Source of the DNA: Candidatus Poribacteria bacterium
GTDB lineage: Bacteria > Poribacteria > WGA-4E > WGA-3G
Direction: 5' to 3'
DNA: 64,000 nt
Assembly (NCBI GenBank): GCA_965200205.1
Contig: CBDAUI010000001.1
Location: forward strand, 1,778,664-1,842,663
The translations under genes were made by a program, and so were the position numbers. Shown here one piece after another: positions 62,080-64,000 of the stretch. The notes under the pieces were generated by a model. It made no database searches, had not been told where the DNA came from, and saw nothing but the letters and a program-made list of their open reading frames with translations. How positions within the stretch are numbered: the first letter of the stretch is position 1; each line of letters starts with the position of its first letter.

Positions 62080-62883
62080 AAATATCTCCCTATACTGTTT
62101 ATTTTTTCTTTGCTGGTCGGCTGCGGTTCTCCTGATTCGGTACAGCAACAGAAACGTGAACTTCAACGTGATGCGTTAAAACTGCAGATGGGACAGGCAC
62201 TCAACCCAACGGATGCAGAAGGGCATCTTCAGCTCGGAAAAATCTATCGTGAATTGGGTGAGTATGAGAAAGCGATAGAATCTTTTCAACACGCCATCGC
62301 ACTTGATGTGGAACATGAGCATGCATATAACAACCTCGGTTTGGTTTATATGGATACCCGTCTGTTTATACTCGCGATTGAGATGTTCCAAGTTGCGTTG
62401 GAGTTATCACCCGAAAATCCGGCGTTCCTGAACAATCTCGGCTACGCATACAATATGACCGACCAGTTTGAAGAGGCACTCGCCGCTTACCGCAGTGCCA
62501 TTGAAGCAGATCCGACTTTTATTGATGCCTACTACAACCTCGCTGATACCTATCTCAACCGCGAGATGTATCAGGAGGCTGTCCAATACTACGAATCCGC
62601 ACTCGAAATGGAGGACGGTGATGCCGACGCGGATATCTATTTTAACGCCGGACTCGCTTATGAGAAAAACGGGCAATTCCTGCCTGCTATCCAAGCCTAT
62701 GAAAAAGGGTTATCGCTTGACGACAGCGATGCAGAGGCGTATTACCGACTCGCACAGACGTATAAGAAAAACGGCGATCTGCTTATGATGCGTCGCTATC
62801 TGGAGACGTTTCTGGATCGGGCGCAGGGACTTCCGCATCTTGAAGAAGAGGTACGCGAGGCGGAGCAGCTGTTTGACAGGTAG
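62068..62883 (+). CDS. TPR repeat lipoprotein.
   Basis: Lipobox LLVGC and multiple TPRs (AYNNLGLVYMD, AYYNLADTYLN). Start is uncertain: 62062 or 62068. Its 5' end overlaps the divergent amidohydrolase start. Confidence 0.6.
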   Translation: MYNHKYLPILFIFSLLVGCGSPDSVQQQKRELQRDALKLQMGQALNPTDAEGHLQLGKIYRELGEYEKAIESFQHAIALDVEHEHAYNNLGLVYMDTRLFILAIEMFQVALELSPENPAFLNNLGYAYNMTDQFEEALAAYRSAIEADPTFIDAYYNLADTYLNREMYQEAVQYYESALEMEDGDADADIYFNAGLAYEKNGQFLPAIQAYEKGLSLDDSDAEAYYRLAQTYKKNGDLLMMRRYLETFLDRAQGLPHLEEEVREAEQLFDR

Positions 62884-63990
62884 CGTGCTTTTTTAGTATC
62901 AGTAGAAATTCTGATTTCATCCCGTCCGGATTTTTATTTTTCCGCGCACCGAAGAGTTTCCGCGTCTTAATTCTATCCTCATAGACCTTTTCAAACGTCC
63001 ATCCGCGTTCCGTAAAATACTCCGCTAAAATCCGCCATATTTCGACCGTTATGCCGTCAATCCGAGGGTTACCAACAAAGATACAGGCTGCGGCATTCGG
63101 TTTCAGTTGACCCATCGCGTTTTCGAGGGCATTGACCGTGTGACAGAAATAGGAATCAAGTCGTTTGCAAAGGTCGGCACGGGTGAGCGTTTCCCGGACT
63201 TTATTCAACGTTTCGGTCTCAACGATCCGATCTGCCTTCCGATACGGGATTTCAAGCCGCGATAATTCCCGGACCTCTTCCTCGGTGTGCCCTAACCAGA
63301 AAAGTTCCATCTTCGTGGAACGGATATACTCCTGCGCTTGGAGGTAGGGTGGCGATGTTATGAGCGCGTCGCATTCTCTCGGTACAGTGATATAGGACGA
63401 ATCCACACCGCCTTGCCACTGTATGTCAGGCGTGTGCTCGTTGTAATGCTGCGGTAGGTGCGGTTTCCTAACCGCACACACGAAGTCGTTGAGCCTTCTT
63501 AACGTCTTTAGTGAGACACTATGAACCATCTCATCTAATTGTTCTCTCCAATTTGTCTTAAGCAGTTCCGCTATAGCGTTCAACTTACGTTTGGATCTCG
63601 CAAGTTTAGGTGTCCTGTCCTCTGTGTTGGAGAAACGTTTACTCGCCTTCAACAACGCAGCCTTAATGATGGAAGAAAAAACATCGTTGTCCGTGTTATG
63701 GATGAATCCCCAGTAATATGATAAGACCTCTAACATTTCGGGTGCGTACCAGTAATCGACGTTTGACCAAGCCGGTGTAAACCGGTGGTTGCTTTCTCGC
63801 ATTGCTGCCAAGCGTCTGAACAAATCCGCTTCCTTCAACGGTTTTTTCCCGCTATAAATTTTCAGCGGCATAATATGGTTCAGAAGTAGATTGAGATCGA
63901 AGAGAATGGCATTGCGTTTGCACAAGTAAGCCTCAACACCTACTGTCCCTGATCCTGCAAACGGATCTATAATCCAATCCGCTTCCTTTG
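62783..63990 (-). CDS. SAM-dependent amino-methyltransferase (DNA MTase-like). It is partial because the N-terminus lies beyond the window end.
   Basis: The open frame continues to the window edge. Motif I IDPFAGSGT at about 63945-63970 and motif IV DALITSPPY. The C-terminal tail reads through antisense of the convergent TPR gene. Confidence 0.55.
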
Positions 63991-64000
63991 TATAGGTGTT

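Overview
This window looks like the chromosomal replication-origin region of a bacterium with about 50% GC. The gene order is rpmH, divergent dnaA, a DnaA-box cluster with an AT-rich unwinding element, recF, a DUF721/DciA-like gene, gyrB and gyrA. No dnaN lies between dnaA and recF. Flanking the origin are housekeeping and envelope genes: a BatA-type VWA protein, a DUF4838-like protein, an MFS transporter, a GH2 glycosidase, a 2-hydroxyacid dehydrogenase, hisC, long-form ispH, TPR proteins, an HExxH protease, a BNR protein and a quinone oxidoreductase. The most distinctive coding content is a 2168-aa peptidase C25 (gingipain-like) protein with a YPNPF-type C-terminal sorting domain, followed by a PorV/PorQ-like outer-membrane barrel. 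Next to it is a minus-strand block encoding an ECF sigma factor fused through one TM helix to a large WD40 propeller. That fusion gene is flanked by a secreted WD40 paralog from a recent tandem duplication and a third membrane WD40 protein. Further on are a MurNAc recycling cluster (anmK, namZ/DUF1343, AmpH-like serine hydrolase) and a cupin plus pgi pair. A histidine kinase and sigma54-type response regulator sit upstream of a GspG-like pseudopilin and a prepilin peptidase, followed by a PSCyt1 heme c + TonB_C + FGE-sulfatase fusion protein. An AT-rich islet holds a membrane hypothetical protein, a TPR protein carrying an orphan TaqI_C-like specificity domain, and a translationally coupled truncated P-loop ATPase. 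The window ends with a nitroreductase, an amidohydrolase, a TPR lipoprotein and a partial amino-methyltransferase. The non-coding layer is unusually rich. There are STRR-like heptanucleotide tandem repeats at many gene junctions. There is a 27-nt palindromic REP-like element with in-frame intragenic copies that each encode a GEVTSPL peptide. There is a ~110-bp MITE-like element whose hairpin core shows a compensatory base change, with one copy in-frame inside the C25 gene. Several short motifs are duplicated upstream of neighbouring genes. No rRNA, tRNA or CRISPR array was found. Phylum assignment is uncertain; the content is reminiscent of PVC-group or candidate-phylum genomes.
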